A DNA stretch of 64,000 nt, taken from NCBI RefSeq assembly GCF_946531015.1, contig NZ_CAMNAL010000001.1. One strand, given 5' to 3'. Source of the stretch: an uncultured Treponema sp. (GTDB taxonomy: Bacteria > Spirochaetota > Spirochaetia > Treponematales > Treponemataceae). Below the pieces are notes generated by a model, which was not told the origin of the DNA, did not search any database, and saw nothing but the letters and a program-made list of their open reading frames with translations. Position numbers and translations under genes: made by a program. This document shows positions 47,111-56,893 of the stretch, in pieces. Numbering within the stretch: the first letter of the stretch is position 1; each line of letters begins with the position of its first letter.

Positions 47111-47684
47111 TGATTAATGTTCCCAGGACTCGGATTGCGTAGGAAATCAACACTGAGAAAATCACAACGGTAATAAATGAAGTGACGAGAGCCTTTACGA
47201 AAGAAATTGACTGATTTCTGAAAACAAGAGCCGCAATACGAAAAACTATTGGCGAAATAGCCCTGTCCACAGCCGTCCAGATTGTGTAGCTGGACTGACC
47301 GTCACCAACAATAAGATAGGCAACAAGACGAATCAAGATGATAATGGCAATAAAGCCCAGAAGTGAAGTAAGTATATTTCCAAGGAGCATAACCAGCATT
47401 GCAAGTATCGTTGAAAACCTGAAACCAGAGCCGCTGGCAAGGCTGTTAAAGAAAGCCTGCAAAGCCATGAGCACGCAAAGAGCGACCGCAGGCGTAAAAT
47501 CAAAGGAAGAAAAGCGCAAAAAGCGGAGGCGGCGGAAAAGGTTTAGGTAAGGGTCACACATCTGTGCCAAAAACTGACCGAATCGTGAGTATTCTGCCCC
47601 CGGAAACCAGGAAAGCATGACCCGGATAAAACAGAGAAGGGCATAAATTGATGCGACTGAAGCCAAAACTGAAAAAATATTCAT
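47094..47684 (-). CDS. yggT: YggT family membrane protein
   Basis: IRVMLSWFP, DPYLNLFRR, DFTP; second repeat in the C-terminal half. Confidence 0.88.
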   Translation of the reverse strand: MNIFSVLASVASIYALLCFIRVMLSWFPGAEYSRFGQFLAQMCDPYLNLFRRLRFLRFSSFDFTPAVALCVLMALQAFFNSLASGSGFRFSTILAMLVMLLGNILTSLLGFIAIIILIRLVAYLIVGDGQSSYTIWTAVDRAISPIVFRIAALVFRNQSISFVKALVTSFITVVIFSVLISYAIRVLGTLISMIPF

Positions 47685-47761
47685 ACTGTAAATATAACGG
47701 TTTATTGCCAAAAAGACAAAACTTTTTTGCCCTAAAAATGCAATATAATACGGAAGCCCTG

Positions 47762-50700
47762 TTAAATGGTCCAGACATCTTTGACAAGGGGAAGGCCTTT
47801 TAAATCATCCAGGAATTCCTTTGTCGCTGGAGCCTGAAGCTGATTTGATGCCTTTACGATGTAAGTGTCTGTCGGCGTGTCTATGTGGAAATAAATCGAA
47901 CATGTTCCGTTCACGCCGAAAAGATATTCCTTGAGATTGAAAATCTTTCTTTCGTCGGCAAAATTTCCGTCAAGCTGAATGTGAACTTCTTCAATGGCCT
48001 TTTCCTGCAAAACTTTCGGATCAGCAATCTCATCAACAATCATGCTGGGCTGTTCCCGGCTGGAATCAATTTTGCCTTTGAAAGCGTAAATCTTGTCGTT
48101 TTCAATCTTATCTTTGAGTAAAGCCCATGTCTTCGGAAAGAAGGTCAGGTCAAAGGAGCCGTTATAATCCTGCAATTTTGCAAATGCCATTTGGTCGCCT
48201 TTCTTTGTGTTGATTTGCCTTAGCTCCATGAGCATTCCCACAGCAGTGTGAACTCTTCCGGCATTCTTTACTTTCCAGGCATTTCCGCCGTTTGCAGCCA
48301 GCAGAGCATCTTTTTCGGCCTTGTCATCTTTTGCAACACGGTCGATGTTGAGGGAATTCACGCTCGCCTTTTCGTAAGCCTTTCTGTAATCGTCAAGTGG
48401 ATGACCAGAGACATAGCAGCCTATGAGTTCTTTTTCCATGTTGAGTTTTTCGAGGCTTGAGCAGTCTTCAACTTTTTCAAAAATAAAGTCTGCATATTCT
48501 TTTTCGTCTGTATCGCCAAAGAGAGAAAGTTGACCGTCATCAGCACCAAAGGCAATTTTTTCGGCATAGGCATAGGCACGATCGAGATTCGCAATCAAAG
48601 TCGGGCGGTTCTGGTCAAGGTTGTCAAAGCCACCGCATTTTATGAGGACTTCAACAGCCTTTTTGTTGATTGCAGTCGCGCGGCCAGCTTTTCCTTCTTC
48701 CTCACCATGCTCTTCGCCAGGGATTTCCTTTACCTTGATGACACGAATCAAGAAGTCCATGAAATCTTTGTAAGGACCGTTCTGCTCCCGCTCATAAACG
48801 ATAGCCCGGGCTGCCCTGTCTCCCATTCCCTTGATTCCCTTGAAACCGAAGACGATGTGGCCGTCAACGACGTCAAAGATTGAGTCAGAGCGATTTACGT
48901 CTGGCGGATCAACCGGAACTCCGATTCTTCTGGCCTCTGCAATGTAAGCCGGAAGTCCGTCGGTTGAGGTAATTTCGTTGGTAAGGTTTGCCGCCATAAA
49001 CTCAGCGGGCTTGTTAGCCTTTAGCCAGCCTGTGCGGTAAGCGAGGACTGAATAGGCCGCCGCATGAGACTTATTGAAACCGTAGCCTGCAAAGGGAATC
49101 ATGATTTCGAAAATTTCATCGGCATGTTCTTTTGTAAAGCCCTGTTTGATAGCACCTTCTTCAAATTCAACTTTTTTGCCCATCATAACTTCAGGCTTCT
49201 TTTTTCCCATGGCTCGGCGCAACATGTCAGCTCCACCAAGAGAGAAGCCCGCAATCTTCTGGGAAACCTGCATAATCTGTTCCTGATAGACCATAACGCC
49301 GTAAGTTTCCTTCAGGATTGGCTCCAGACAGGGGTCAGGATAGTGAATGGTTTCCGGCTTCCATTTTCCGTCGATGTAGTTGGGAATGTAATCCATAGGG
49401 CCTGGTCTGTAAAGGGCGTTCAAAGCGACCAAATCTTCAAGTTTTTCTGGCTTGAACTGACGCAAAATCTTCTGCATGCCGGGAGACTCAAACTGGAATA
49501 CGGCGGCAGAGTCGCCTCGCTTAAAGAGCTCGAAGGTCTTTGGGTCGGTCTCACTGACCTTAGCGCAGACAAAATCAGGCTCACCGGGCTTTTTGTGCTT
49601 GTTGATGATATTTTCCGCATATCGAATCAGAGAAAGAGTTTTAAGTCCAAGATAGTCGAATTTTACAAGACCGCAAGGCTCGATGATGTCCATGGTGTAC
49701 TGAACGCCCACTTTTCCCGTCTTAGAATCCATGAAAACCGGAGCCCAGTTCGGCAATTCCGTAAGTCCGATAACCATTCCCGAAGCGTGGAGACCTGTGT
49801 TTCGCTTACAGCCTTCCAGCTTGATTGCAAGGTCAAAGAGCTTTTCATAGCGAGGGTCATGCCGGTATTCTGCCAGCTGACCTCCGTCAGGGAATTTTTC
49901 GTTTGGCGGCTCAAAGCAGTTTTTGAGCTTAGTCTTCAAGTTCTCAGAGACCTTGGATTTGAGCATGTTGACTTCAGAAAGAGGAATGCCAAGGGTGCGG
50001 CCAACATCGGCGATTACATTCTTCGGCTTTAAGGTACCGAATGTGACGATATGGCCGACTTTTTTGTCGCCATACAAATCCCGGGTGTGCTGGATGATGT
50101 CCTGGCGATAGTCGAAGTCCATGTCAACGTCGAAATCTGGCATGGAGACTCGCTCAGGATTCAAAAATCGTTCGAAAATCAGTTTGTAGCGGAAGGGGTC
50201 AATATCCGTAATCGTAAGGCAGTAGGCTACGAGAGAACCCGCACCCGAACCTCGGCCAGGACCAATCGGCATGTAAGGCTTGGGGCGCTTGTTCACATTG
50301 TCGTAAGTCGATTTTGACCAGTTGATGAATTCCCAGACGATGAGGAAGTAGCCGGAAAAGCCCATCTTAAGGATGATTGCCATTTCGTATTCGCATCGCT
50401 GGCGGATTTGAGGAGTGATTTCCTTGTACCTCTTGCGCAAGCCTTCCTCAACAAGGTGACGCATATAGTCGTCCTGGTTTTTTGCGTAATCATCTCCGTG
50501 GGTCTGGAATTCTTCTGGCAGGGCAAAGCGCGGCAATGTGCCTTTGAGTTCCATCGTTTTATACTGATGAATCGTGAGGTTGCACATATTGGCAATCTTA
50601 ACTGTATTGTCGTAGGCTTCGGGACAGTCCGGGAAAAGAAGACGCATTTCCTGCTCAGTCTTGAAGTACCATTCGTGCTTATCGCCGCCCATTGTCTGAT

Positions 50701-51475
50701 GAGGCTCGTTCATGTTCTTTTTAAAGCCTATGCAGCGCAGACAGTCCTGAGCTTCCCAGTCTTCCTGCTCGATGTAGTGAATGTCGTTGGTGACGACAAG
50801 AGGAATGTCCAGCTCATGGGCCATTGCAATCAGCTTTTTGTTGACGATTTTCTGGTCTTCAAGGCCGTGATCCTGTAATTCGATGTAGTAGTGGTCAGGA
50901 CCGAAAAGATTTTTGTATTTTAAGGCAAGTTCTTTTGCTTCCTCGTCCTTCCCCGCGAGCAAAAGCTGGGGAAGTTCACCTGCGATACAGGCTGAGCAGC
51001 AGATTAAGCCTTCGTGATATTTTTCCAGCAGTTCAAAATCGATTCGCGGCTTGTACCATGTTCCTTCGGTGTAGGCGATTGAAGAAAGCCAGCTCATGTT
51101 TTTGTAACCGGTCTCATTTTCGCAAAGGAGAATCAAATGGAAGTAGCGGGCCTGCCTGTCTCCGTCTTCACCCTTGTGTGAATATGGAACTGAATTTTTC
51201 TCTAAATGTGAGCCGAAAGCGACATAAAACTCTTCGCCGACAATAGGGTTGATTCCGTTTACATGACAGAGATGCTCAAAGTTAAGGGCTCCGAACATGT
51301 TTCCGTGGTCAGTGAGGGCAAGGGCGGGCATATTAAGCCTTTTTGCCTTTGCAACAAGAGCGTCAATAGTTGCACAAGAATCGAGCAAAGAATAGTCCGA
51401 GTGAACATGAAGATGAACAAAATTAGCAACCGGCGTGCCCTCTGGGGCACTATCGAACACATGGTAGTCTGCCAT
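47762..51475 (-). CDS. dnaE: DNA polymerase III alpha subunit
   Basis: HLHVHSDYSLLD, GRGSGAGS, RVSMPDFDVD, GFNKSHAAAY. Confidence 0.98.
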   Translation of the reverse strand: MADYHVFDSAPEGTPVANFVHLHVHSDYSLLDSCATIDALVAKAKRLNMPALALTDHGNMFGALNFEHLCHVNGINPIVGEEFYVAFGSHLEKNSVPYSHKGEDGDRQARYFHLILLCENETGYKNMSWLSSIAYTEGTWYKPRIDFELLEKYHEGLICCSACIAGELPQLLLAGKDEEAKELALKYKNLFGPDHYYIELQDHGLEDQKIVNKKLIAMAHELDIPLVVTNDIHYIEQEDWEAQDCLRCIGFKKNMNEPHQTMGGDKHEWYFKTEQEMRLLFPDCPEAYDNTVKIANMCNLTIHQYKTMELKGTLPRFALPEEFQTHGDDYAKNQDDYMRHLVEEGLRKRYKEITPQIRQRCEYEMAIILKMGFSGYFLIVWEFINWSKSTYDNVNKRPKPYMPIGPGRGSGAGSLVAYCLTITDIDPFRYKLIFERFLNPERVSMPDFDVDMDFDYRQDIIQHTRDLYGDKKVGHIVTFGTLKPKNVIADVGRTLGIPLSEVNMLKSKVSENLKTKLKNCFEPPNEKFPDGGQLAEYRHDPRYEKLFDLAIKLEGCKRNTGLHASGMVIGLTELPNWAPVFMDSKTGKVGVQYTMDIIEPCGLVKFDYLGLKTLSLIRYAENIINKHKKPGEPDFVCAKVSETDPKTFELFKRGDSAAVFQFESPGMQKILRQFKPEKLEDLVALNALYRPGPMDYIPNYIDGKWKPETIHYPDPCLEPILKETYGVMVYQEQIMQVSQKIAGFSLGGADMLRRAMGKKKPEVMMGKKVEFEEGAIKQGFTKEHADEIFEIMIPFAGYGFNKSHAAAYSVLAYRTGWLKANKPAEFMAANLTNEITSTDGLPAYIAEARRIGVPVDPPDVNRSDSIFDVVDGHIVFGFKGIKGMGDRAARAIVYEREQNGPYKDFMDFLIRVIKVKEIPGEEHGEEEGKAGRATAINKKAVEVLIKCGGFDNLDQNRPTLIANLDRAYAYAEKIAFGADDGQLSLFGDTDEKEYADFIFEKVEDCSSLEKLNMEKELIGCYVSGHPLDDYRKAYEKASVNSLNIDRVAKDDKAEKDALLAANGGNAWKVKNAGRVHTAVGMLMELRQINTKKGDQMAFAKLQDYNGSFDLTFFPKTWALLKDKIENDKIYAFKGKIDSSREQPSMIVDEIADPKVLQEKAIEEVHIQLDGNFADERKIFNLKEYLFGVNGTCSIYFHIDTPTDTYIVKASNQLQAPATKEFLDDLKGLPLVKDVWTI

Positions 51476-51482
51476 ATATGTT

Positions 51483-51700
51483 AGCGGTATGGATGCCGCT
51501 GCCTCCTTTAAGAAAATAAAAGCCGCAAGTTTTGAAAAAACTTGTTAGTTCGCGTAGCCACGGATGGCGTAGCGAACGACATAATCTGCCAAAATATACT
51601 CCAACATGCCCTGCATGGATGCAGGGGAAAAGCAAAGAGAGAATTTTTGGAAGAAAAATTCTCGTGCGAACAGAAAATCCATGGATGGATTTTCTGTTCG
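51483..51700 (+). repeat. Cluster of four ANGGAT-loop hairpins, including a family A element at 51606-51700
   Basis: Hairpins at 51483-51500, 51548-51577, 51609-51626 and 51667-51700. Confidence 0.8.
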
Positions 51701-51702
51701 GA

Positions 51703-54603
51703 TTATTGTAGCACGATTTTTAGGATTTTGTCTCTGTCAACTGAGCTTATGGCTTCCTGTAGCTGGGTAAAGTGCTCTTTTTTTTCGGCCGGGATTCTGT
51801 AATCCTTCATCATGGCAATAATCTGGTCTGCGGTGTCAAAATCAAAGGCCTCGATACATTCCTTTATGTTTGAAATGGCTTCGCTATACTGATTCAGCGG
51901 CATCTCTTTCTTGCCAGAATCATCCTCCACCTCGGCACAAAGAGGAGCCAGATGTTTTTTGTAGGAGCGGTAAAGTTCAAGCAAGGCAGGGGTTTTCTCG
52001 TTAATTTCGGCCTCGTTTTCATCATCGCCGCATTTCTCAAGATATTTTGCATCTTCAGAAAGTTTTTCGGCGCCAATCAAGCGGGCTGAGCTTTTTAGGG
52101 CATGAACGAGAATAGTGTAATTGTGCCAGTCTTTGAGAGCCGCAAATTCTTCGATGGCATCAGCCTTTATGTCGATTGACTTGTAGAATTCACGCAGGGT
52201 TTGCTCCAAAACTTCAGCCCCTCCAGTGTATTTTAGGGCATCATCAATGCTGATTCCAGTGAGAGAATTGAATATTCCTGTGTCTACCAGTCCCGGTTCT
52301 TCATCAATCTCACCGTTCTCATCCAGGGATTTAATTTCTTCAAGTTCTGGGATTTCCACATGATGAATCAGGCTTTCGGGGAGATATTTTCCAAGCATTT
52401 CCTCAAGTTTTTTGCTCTCAATCGGCTTTGTAAGGTAATCACTGAATCCGCTGGCAAGGTACATTTCTTTTGCACCAGAAACCGCATTGGCCGTAAGGGC
52501 AATTACAGGCACGCCCTTGCTTTTGTTTTCGGGCAGCTTGAGCATATTATTGAAAGTTTCAACGCCATCCATTCCCGGCATACGATGATCCAGGAAAATC
52601 ACGTCATAATGCTGCTTTTTGACAGCCTCAAGAGCATCGTAACCGCTTAAAACAGTGTCAATTTGAACCTGAGTCTGCTTCAGAAGACCACGGACGACGG
52701 TAAGGTTCAGTTCAGTATCATCAACCACAAGGATTCTGGCATCTGGAGCAGTGAATAGCTCGTGATACTCGTGGGCATTTTCAGTTGACTTGCGGTAAGT
52801 CTCCTTGAAATCACCGATTGGCTCCCAGTCGATTACGCCTTGTAAAACAGAGAAATAAAAATCCGAGCCCTTTCCGTAAGAGCTTTCAACCTCAAGCCTT
52901 GAATTCATAAGGGTCAGAAGGCTTTGAACGATGTTAAGGCCAAGACCTGTTCCCTCGATAGTTCGGTTCCGCTCCTCGTCAATTCGCTGAAAGGCCGTGA
53001 AAAGCTTAGGAATGTCCTTATCCTTGATTCCGATACCTGTATCCACGACATGCACTGTCAAAAGCACATGAGAATAATCAGCCTTTTTGCCCGTAATGGA
53101 AAGAGTGACAGAACCTTCATTTGTATATTTGACTGCATTCGTAAGAATATTGAGACAACACTGGCAAATTCGCACATCATCACCGTAAAGATAATGGGGA
53201 CAGTTGGGGTCAATGTTGACATTAAAGGCAAGATTCTTGTCAGCAGCCCTTTTCGACACCATATTCACAAGGTTATTAATAGAAGAACTTAAATCATAAT
53301 TCGTAGGAATAATCTCAAGTTTTCCGGCCTCAATCTTAGAAAAATCAAGGATGTCATTGACAATACTGAGCAAGCTCTTGCCGGCATTCTCAATGTCCCT
53401 TGCATATTTTGAAATAACGTCTTCCTTGCTCTCGCGGATAATCATTTCGTTAAGTCCAAGAACCGCATTTATAGGAGTCCTGATTTCGTGCGACATGTTT
53501 GAAAGGAAATCTGACTTTGCCTTGCTGGCCGCCTTTGCAGTTGCGAGCTGGGTTTCGAGAAGCTGGGAACGCTCCAGATTTTTGATGTAGCTCTCCGTTG
53601 TTGAAAGCATATCGACCAGGACATGATAGAGAACGCCGATTTCATCACGAGAATTGATATTAAGGGTCTTTATGTCAATTCTTGGTACATTACGGGTATG
53701 CTCTGTGATGTTGCACAAATTTGAATCTTCAACGGCCTTTGCAAGCAGCTGGAGAGGATATGTAATAGAAAGATTTGTGTAGGAAAAGGCAAAAAGAATG
53801 ACCGGAGTGGCGACAATCATCATAAGAATGACCAGCCGGGTGGCAAAGACAATTTGCTGCCATTCCGTTACATTTCTGAACTGACTGAGGAGGGCGTTTG
53901 CAAAACCAAAACCCGCAATAAGAAGAATCATAGCTTCGGCTACAATCAGGTTGGAAAGCTTGTCCCGGATTCGCCTGCCCTTTTTCTTTGAGAAAGCAGT
54001 TTTCAGCAGGTTTACATCCTCATAGTCATAAGTGCTGGCAAAAAAAAGGTTTTTGATATTTTCTGGAAAATAATTGTAGTAAAGGTAGCAGAAAAGACAA
54101 ACGATAAATGAGGAAAGGAAGGCCACCGCAAAATGAAAGAATTCCGCACCCCTCAGGAGGTTTCGGTCTTCAAGAATGGTCAAAAGAAAATTCCAGCCGT
54201 TTCCAAGGAAAAGCGAGAAAAACACGAGGCTGACAAGGGTTTTCCAAAGGCTTTTATACCAGTGCTTGATGACAGGAACATTTGCAATGAGGGAGCCGAG
54301 CAGAAGCACGAAAGCATGATATGGAAGAATATGACTGATCATACATTCTGCAGAGAAGAAAAGAAGAACGACGAGGGAACCAACGGCATAGCCCGAAAGA
54401 CTTGTGAGCAGCATGACCGGGATTAGCTGGGCATAAACCCGGGTTTTGTACAGGATAACGCCGTTAAAAGAAAAATCTGGAGCCTGTCCAACATGCTCAA
54501 TCAGAAGAAGCAAGATTAGGCATATAAAAGTCGTGAGCGGAATCGTAATCTTAAAATTCTTGTTATCCAAGAAAAAGAAAGCCCCAAGATTCTTTTTTGG
54601 CAT
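51703..54603 (-). CDS. Membrane-bound hybrid histidine kinase (HisKA-HATPase-REC-Hpt)
   Basis: Several TM segments; SHEIRTP, NAVKYT, GTGLGL, LDHRMP, HALKS. Confidence 0.93.
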   Translation of the reverse strand: MPKKNLGAFFFLDNKNFKITIPLTTFICLILLLLIEHVGQAPDFSFNGVILYKTRVYAQLIPVMLLTSLSGYAVGSLVVLLFFSAECMISHILPYHAFVLLLGSLIANVPVIKHWYKSLWKTLVSLVFFSLFLGNGWNFLLTILEDRNLLRGAEFFHFAVAFLSSFIVCLFCYLYYNYFPENIKNLFFASTYDYEDVNLLKTAFSKKKGRRIRDKLSNLIVAEAMILLIAGFGFANALLSQFRNVTEWQQIVFATRLVILMMIVATPVILFAFSYTNLSITYPLQLLAKAVEDSNLCNITEHTRNVPRIDIKTLNINSRDEIGVLYHVLVDMLSTTESYIKNLERSQLLETQLATAKAASKAKSDFLSNMSHEIRTPINAVLGLNEMIIRESKEDVISKYARDIENAGKSLLSIVNDILDFSKIEAGKLEIIPTNYDLSSSINNLVNMVSKRAADKNLAFNVNIDPNCPHYLYGDDVRICQCCLNILTNAVKYTNEGSVTLSITGKKADYSHVLLTVHVVDTGIGIKDKDIPKLFTAFQRIDEERNRTIEGTGLGLNIVQSLLTLMNSRLEVESSYGKGSDFYFSVLQGVIDWEPIGDFKETYRKSTENAHEYHELFTAPDARILVVDDTELNLTVVRGLLKQTQVQIDTVLSGYDALEAVKKQHYDVIFLDHRMPGMDGVETFNNMLKLPENKSKGVPVIALTANAVSGAKEMYLASGFSDYLTKPIESKKLEEMLGKYLPESLIHHVEIPELEEIKSLDENGEIDEEPGLVDTGIFNSLTGISIDDALKYTGGAEVLEQTLREFYKSIDIKADAIEEFAALKDWHNYTILVHALKSSARLIGAEKLSEDAKYLEKCGDDENEAEINEKTPALLELYRSYKKHLAPLCAEVEDDSGKKEMPLNQYSEAISNIKECIEAFDFDTADQIIAMMKDYRIPAEKKEHFTQLQEAISSVDRDKILKIVLQ

Positions 54604-54605
54604 TA

Positions 54606-55367
54606 TTATTTTCCTTTGAAGAAGTCATCAACCGTTTTTAGAAGCAGATCTGGCTCGCTGGACTTGAGGAGATATTTTTCAGGGCCTGCCGCCAGAACCT
54701 TCATAACAGTCTCCTTGTCATCTTTTGAAGTGAGAAAGATGACCGGAATATTGCAAAGGTTGGAATCGTGCTTGAGCATTTCAAAAATCTGCAAGCCGGA
54801 AGCTACAGGCATTTCATAATCAAGGAGAATCAAATCAACATGATTAGAAGATAGAAATTGCAGGGCATTGAGGCCTGAATTTGCCATGTAAGCATCGTAT
54901 TTTTTGGAAAGCCAAATTTTCATGGTACGGAGCATTACCCCGTCATCGTCCACAACGAGGACTTTTTTGCGACCAGGAACACCCCCAGCCTCACTGGTGA
55001 TGAGCATATTGAGCTTTTGAATTACATCCTGAATATTGACGGGACGACTGAAAGCGGCAGAAACCAGGGATTTCGGATAAACATCGTAAGCAGCTTCAAT
55101 TTCCATGGGATTTCCGATAAGGTACAAAACTCTGTCCCGGCCTTCCTCAGTGACCAATTTTTTGAGGTATTTTAGTGTGCCGTTAAATTTATTGAGATCG
55201 CCTTCGAGGTAAACCAGGTATATGTCAGGAATATTTTGAATAAGAGAAATTTCAACCATATCCGGTTCGGCAGTAGAAACTTCAAATCTGGCTTCCTTCA
55301 AGGCCTTTATCATAGCCGACACCAAAAAATTTTGAGTTTCGCTAACAAATAAAATACTTCTTTCCAT
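54606..55367 (-). CDS. Response regulator (degenerate REC plus REC, no output domain)
   Basis: VLVVDDD, LLDYEMP, FLT, K in the C-terminal REC. Confidence 0.88.
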   Translation of the reverse strand: MERSILFVSETQNFLVSAMIKALKEARFEVSTAEPDMVEISLIQNIPDIYLVYLEGDLNKFNGTLKYLKKLVTEEGRDRVLYLIGNPMEIEAAYDVYPKSLVSAAFSRPVNIQDVIQKLNMLITSEAGGVPGRKKVLVVDDDGVMLRTMKIWLSKKYDAYMANSGLNALQFLSSNHVDLILLDYEMPVASGLQIFEMLKHDSNLCNIPVIFLTSKDDKETVMKVLAAGPEKYLLKSSEPDLLLKTVDDFFKGK

Positions 55368-55521
55368 GTAAATCCTCTGCTTTATTTACCCTTTAATTAT
55401 ACACCAACTAGTGAAATTTTCATAGAAAAAATAAAAGCAAAAAAGAAAGAATTTTCTTGCCCTCTGAGCCAAAATTTTATATTTTTATTGTATAAGAAAG
55501 TATCAAATTTGGAGGAAATAT

Positions 55522-55794
55522 ATGAAACTCAAACCATTGGCAGACCGTGTTCTTCTCAAACAGGAAAAGGCCGAGACAAAAACAGCCTCAGGAATCATCA
55601 TTCCGGAGACCGCTCAGGAAAAAACACAGACAGCAAGTGTAGAAGCTGTCGGACCTGGCACCGAAAAAGACCCGATTACAGTCAAAGTCGGAGACCGAGT
55701 AATGTACGATAAATACGCAGGCGTTCAGGTAAAAATGGACGGCGAAGACTACCTCATCGTCAAAAACAGCGACATCATCGCCATCTGCGAATAA
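55522..55794 (+). CDS. groES: Co-chaperonin GroES
   Basis: KPLADRV, TASGIIIP, VKVGDRV; GGAGG RBS. Confidence 0.97.
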   Translation: MKLKPLADRVLLKQEKAETKTASGIIIPETAQEKTQTASVEAVGPGTEKDPITVKVGDRVMYDKYAGVQVKMDGEDYLIVKNSDIIAICE

Positions 55795-55816
55795 AGAGCA
55801 AAAGCTCAAACACAAG

Positions 55817-55854
55817 CCCCGGAAGCAGTAAAAAAGCTCCGGGGATTTTTTTTT
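55817..55854 (+). terminator. Intrinsic terminator after groES
   Basis: CCCCGGA...TCCGGGG followed by a T tract. Confidence 0.75.
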
Positions 55855-55988
55855 CGCAAGATTATCCGGCTGCCGCCCTTCCGCTCGCATATCCTTGTGC
55901 GATTTTTTTTCAAATATAACAAAAAATTATCTCCGCTCATTGCCGAAAATCGCTTTTCTTTCGCTATATATAAGCAAGGAGATAAAGT

Positions 55989-56885
55989 ATGAAAAGCCAA
56001 GATAATCTGCAAAGCTGGGAAGAGCTCACCTTCGCCAACAATTTTCTTTTTTGCAAGATTCTGGAGTCAGAACCAGAACTGTGCCGTCAGCTACTGGAGC
56101 TTCTGCTTCACATTAAGATTGACCGTCTGGAACTGACTCAGTCAGAGAAGACCATGCAAGAATGGATTGAGTCGAAGTCAGTCCGCTTCGATGTTTACGC
56201 AAAGGACGAGTCCCGGATTTTTGACATTGAAATTCAAACGACACTCAAAAAAGATTTGGCAAAGCGGGCAAGGTACTATCAGAGCATCAACGACATGGAT
56301 ACCCTTTCAAAAGGCGAGCGCTATGACAAACTGAAGGACACTTACATCATTTTCCTCTGCCTGAATGATCCTTTCAAAGACAATATGCCGGTCTACTTTT
56401 TCGAGAACACATGCCGCCAGAAAAGTGACCTGAAATTGAAAGACGGAGCCTACAAGGTCTTTTTTAATGCCAGTTGCTGTGATAAAATAAAGGACAAAGA
56501 GGAAAAGTCTTTCTTCAAGTTCCTTAAAGGCGAGCAAGCCGATTCAGCACTTACGAAGCGCATTGAGGAAAAAGTAAGAAGGGCCAAGGCCAACAAAAAA
56601 TGGAGGCGAATATATATGACATGGGAGCAGGAAATCTTAGACGAGCGCTATTGGGCAAGACTTGAGGGACATGAGGAAGGACTTGAGGCGGGGCGTGAAG
56701 AAGGACTTGAGGAGGGACGTAAGGAAGGACGTGAACAAGGACGTAAGGAAGGTGCCAAGCAGAACGCCATTGCAAATGCGAGAAATCTTTTGAACATGCA
56801 GCTTGGTAGCCCAGAGCAAATCGCACAGGCCGTTTCCCTACCATTGGAGCAAGTTCTTGCACTCAAAGAAGAGCTTGCAAATTAA
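55989..56885 (+). CDS. Rpn family PD-(D/E)XK nuclease (PDDEXK_2 type)
   Basis: NNFLFCKI, VRFDV, DIEIQ, KRARYYQ, YIIF.C.DPF; EG(R/L)E repeats; C-terminal EQIA...LPLEQV helix-turn-helix. Confidence 0.9.
   Translation: MKSQDNLQSWEELTFANNFLFCKILESEPELCRQLLELLLHIKIDRLELTQSEKTMQEWIESKSVRFDVYAKDESRIFDIEIQTTLKKDLAKRARYYQSINDMDTLSKGERYDKLKDTYIIFLCLNDPFKDNMPVYFFENTCRQKSDLKLKDGAYKVFFNASCCDKIKDKEEKSFFKFLKGEQADSALTKRIEEKVRRAKANKKWRRIYMTWEQEILDERYWARLEGHEEGLEAGREEGLEEGRKEGREQGRKEGAKQNAIANARNLLNMQLGSPEQIAQAVSLPLEQVLALKEELAN
56616..56885 (+). CDS. Predicted in-frame internal small protein (RpnS-like antitoxin, 89 aa)
   Basis: GGAGG at 56602-56606, 9 nt before in-frame ATG 56616. Confidence 0.55.
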   Translation: MTWEQEILDERYWARLEGHEEGLEAGREEGLEEGRKEGREQGRKEGAKQNAIANARNLLNMQLGSPEQIAQAVSLPLEQVLALKEELAN

Positions 56886-56893
56886 CTGGCATT

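Noticed and set aside
49064-50032. 322-aa antisense ORF in dnaE and the many other shadow ORFs
   Set aside because: They lie fully opposite or out of frame within conserved genes, show no recognisable motifs, and are expected from codon bias.
47762-51475. Intein or split in dnaE
   Set aside because: Normal length with only short loop insertions; no intein motifs.
55522-55794. groES without groEL as a novelty
   Set aside because: Unlinked groES and groEL are known in spirochetes, and no CIRCE element was seen.
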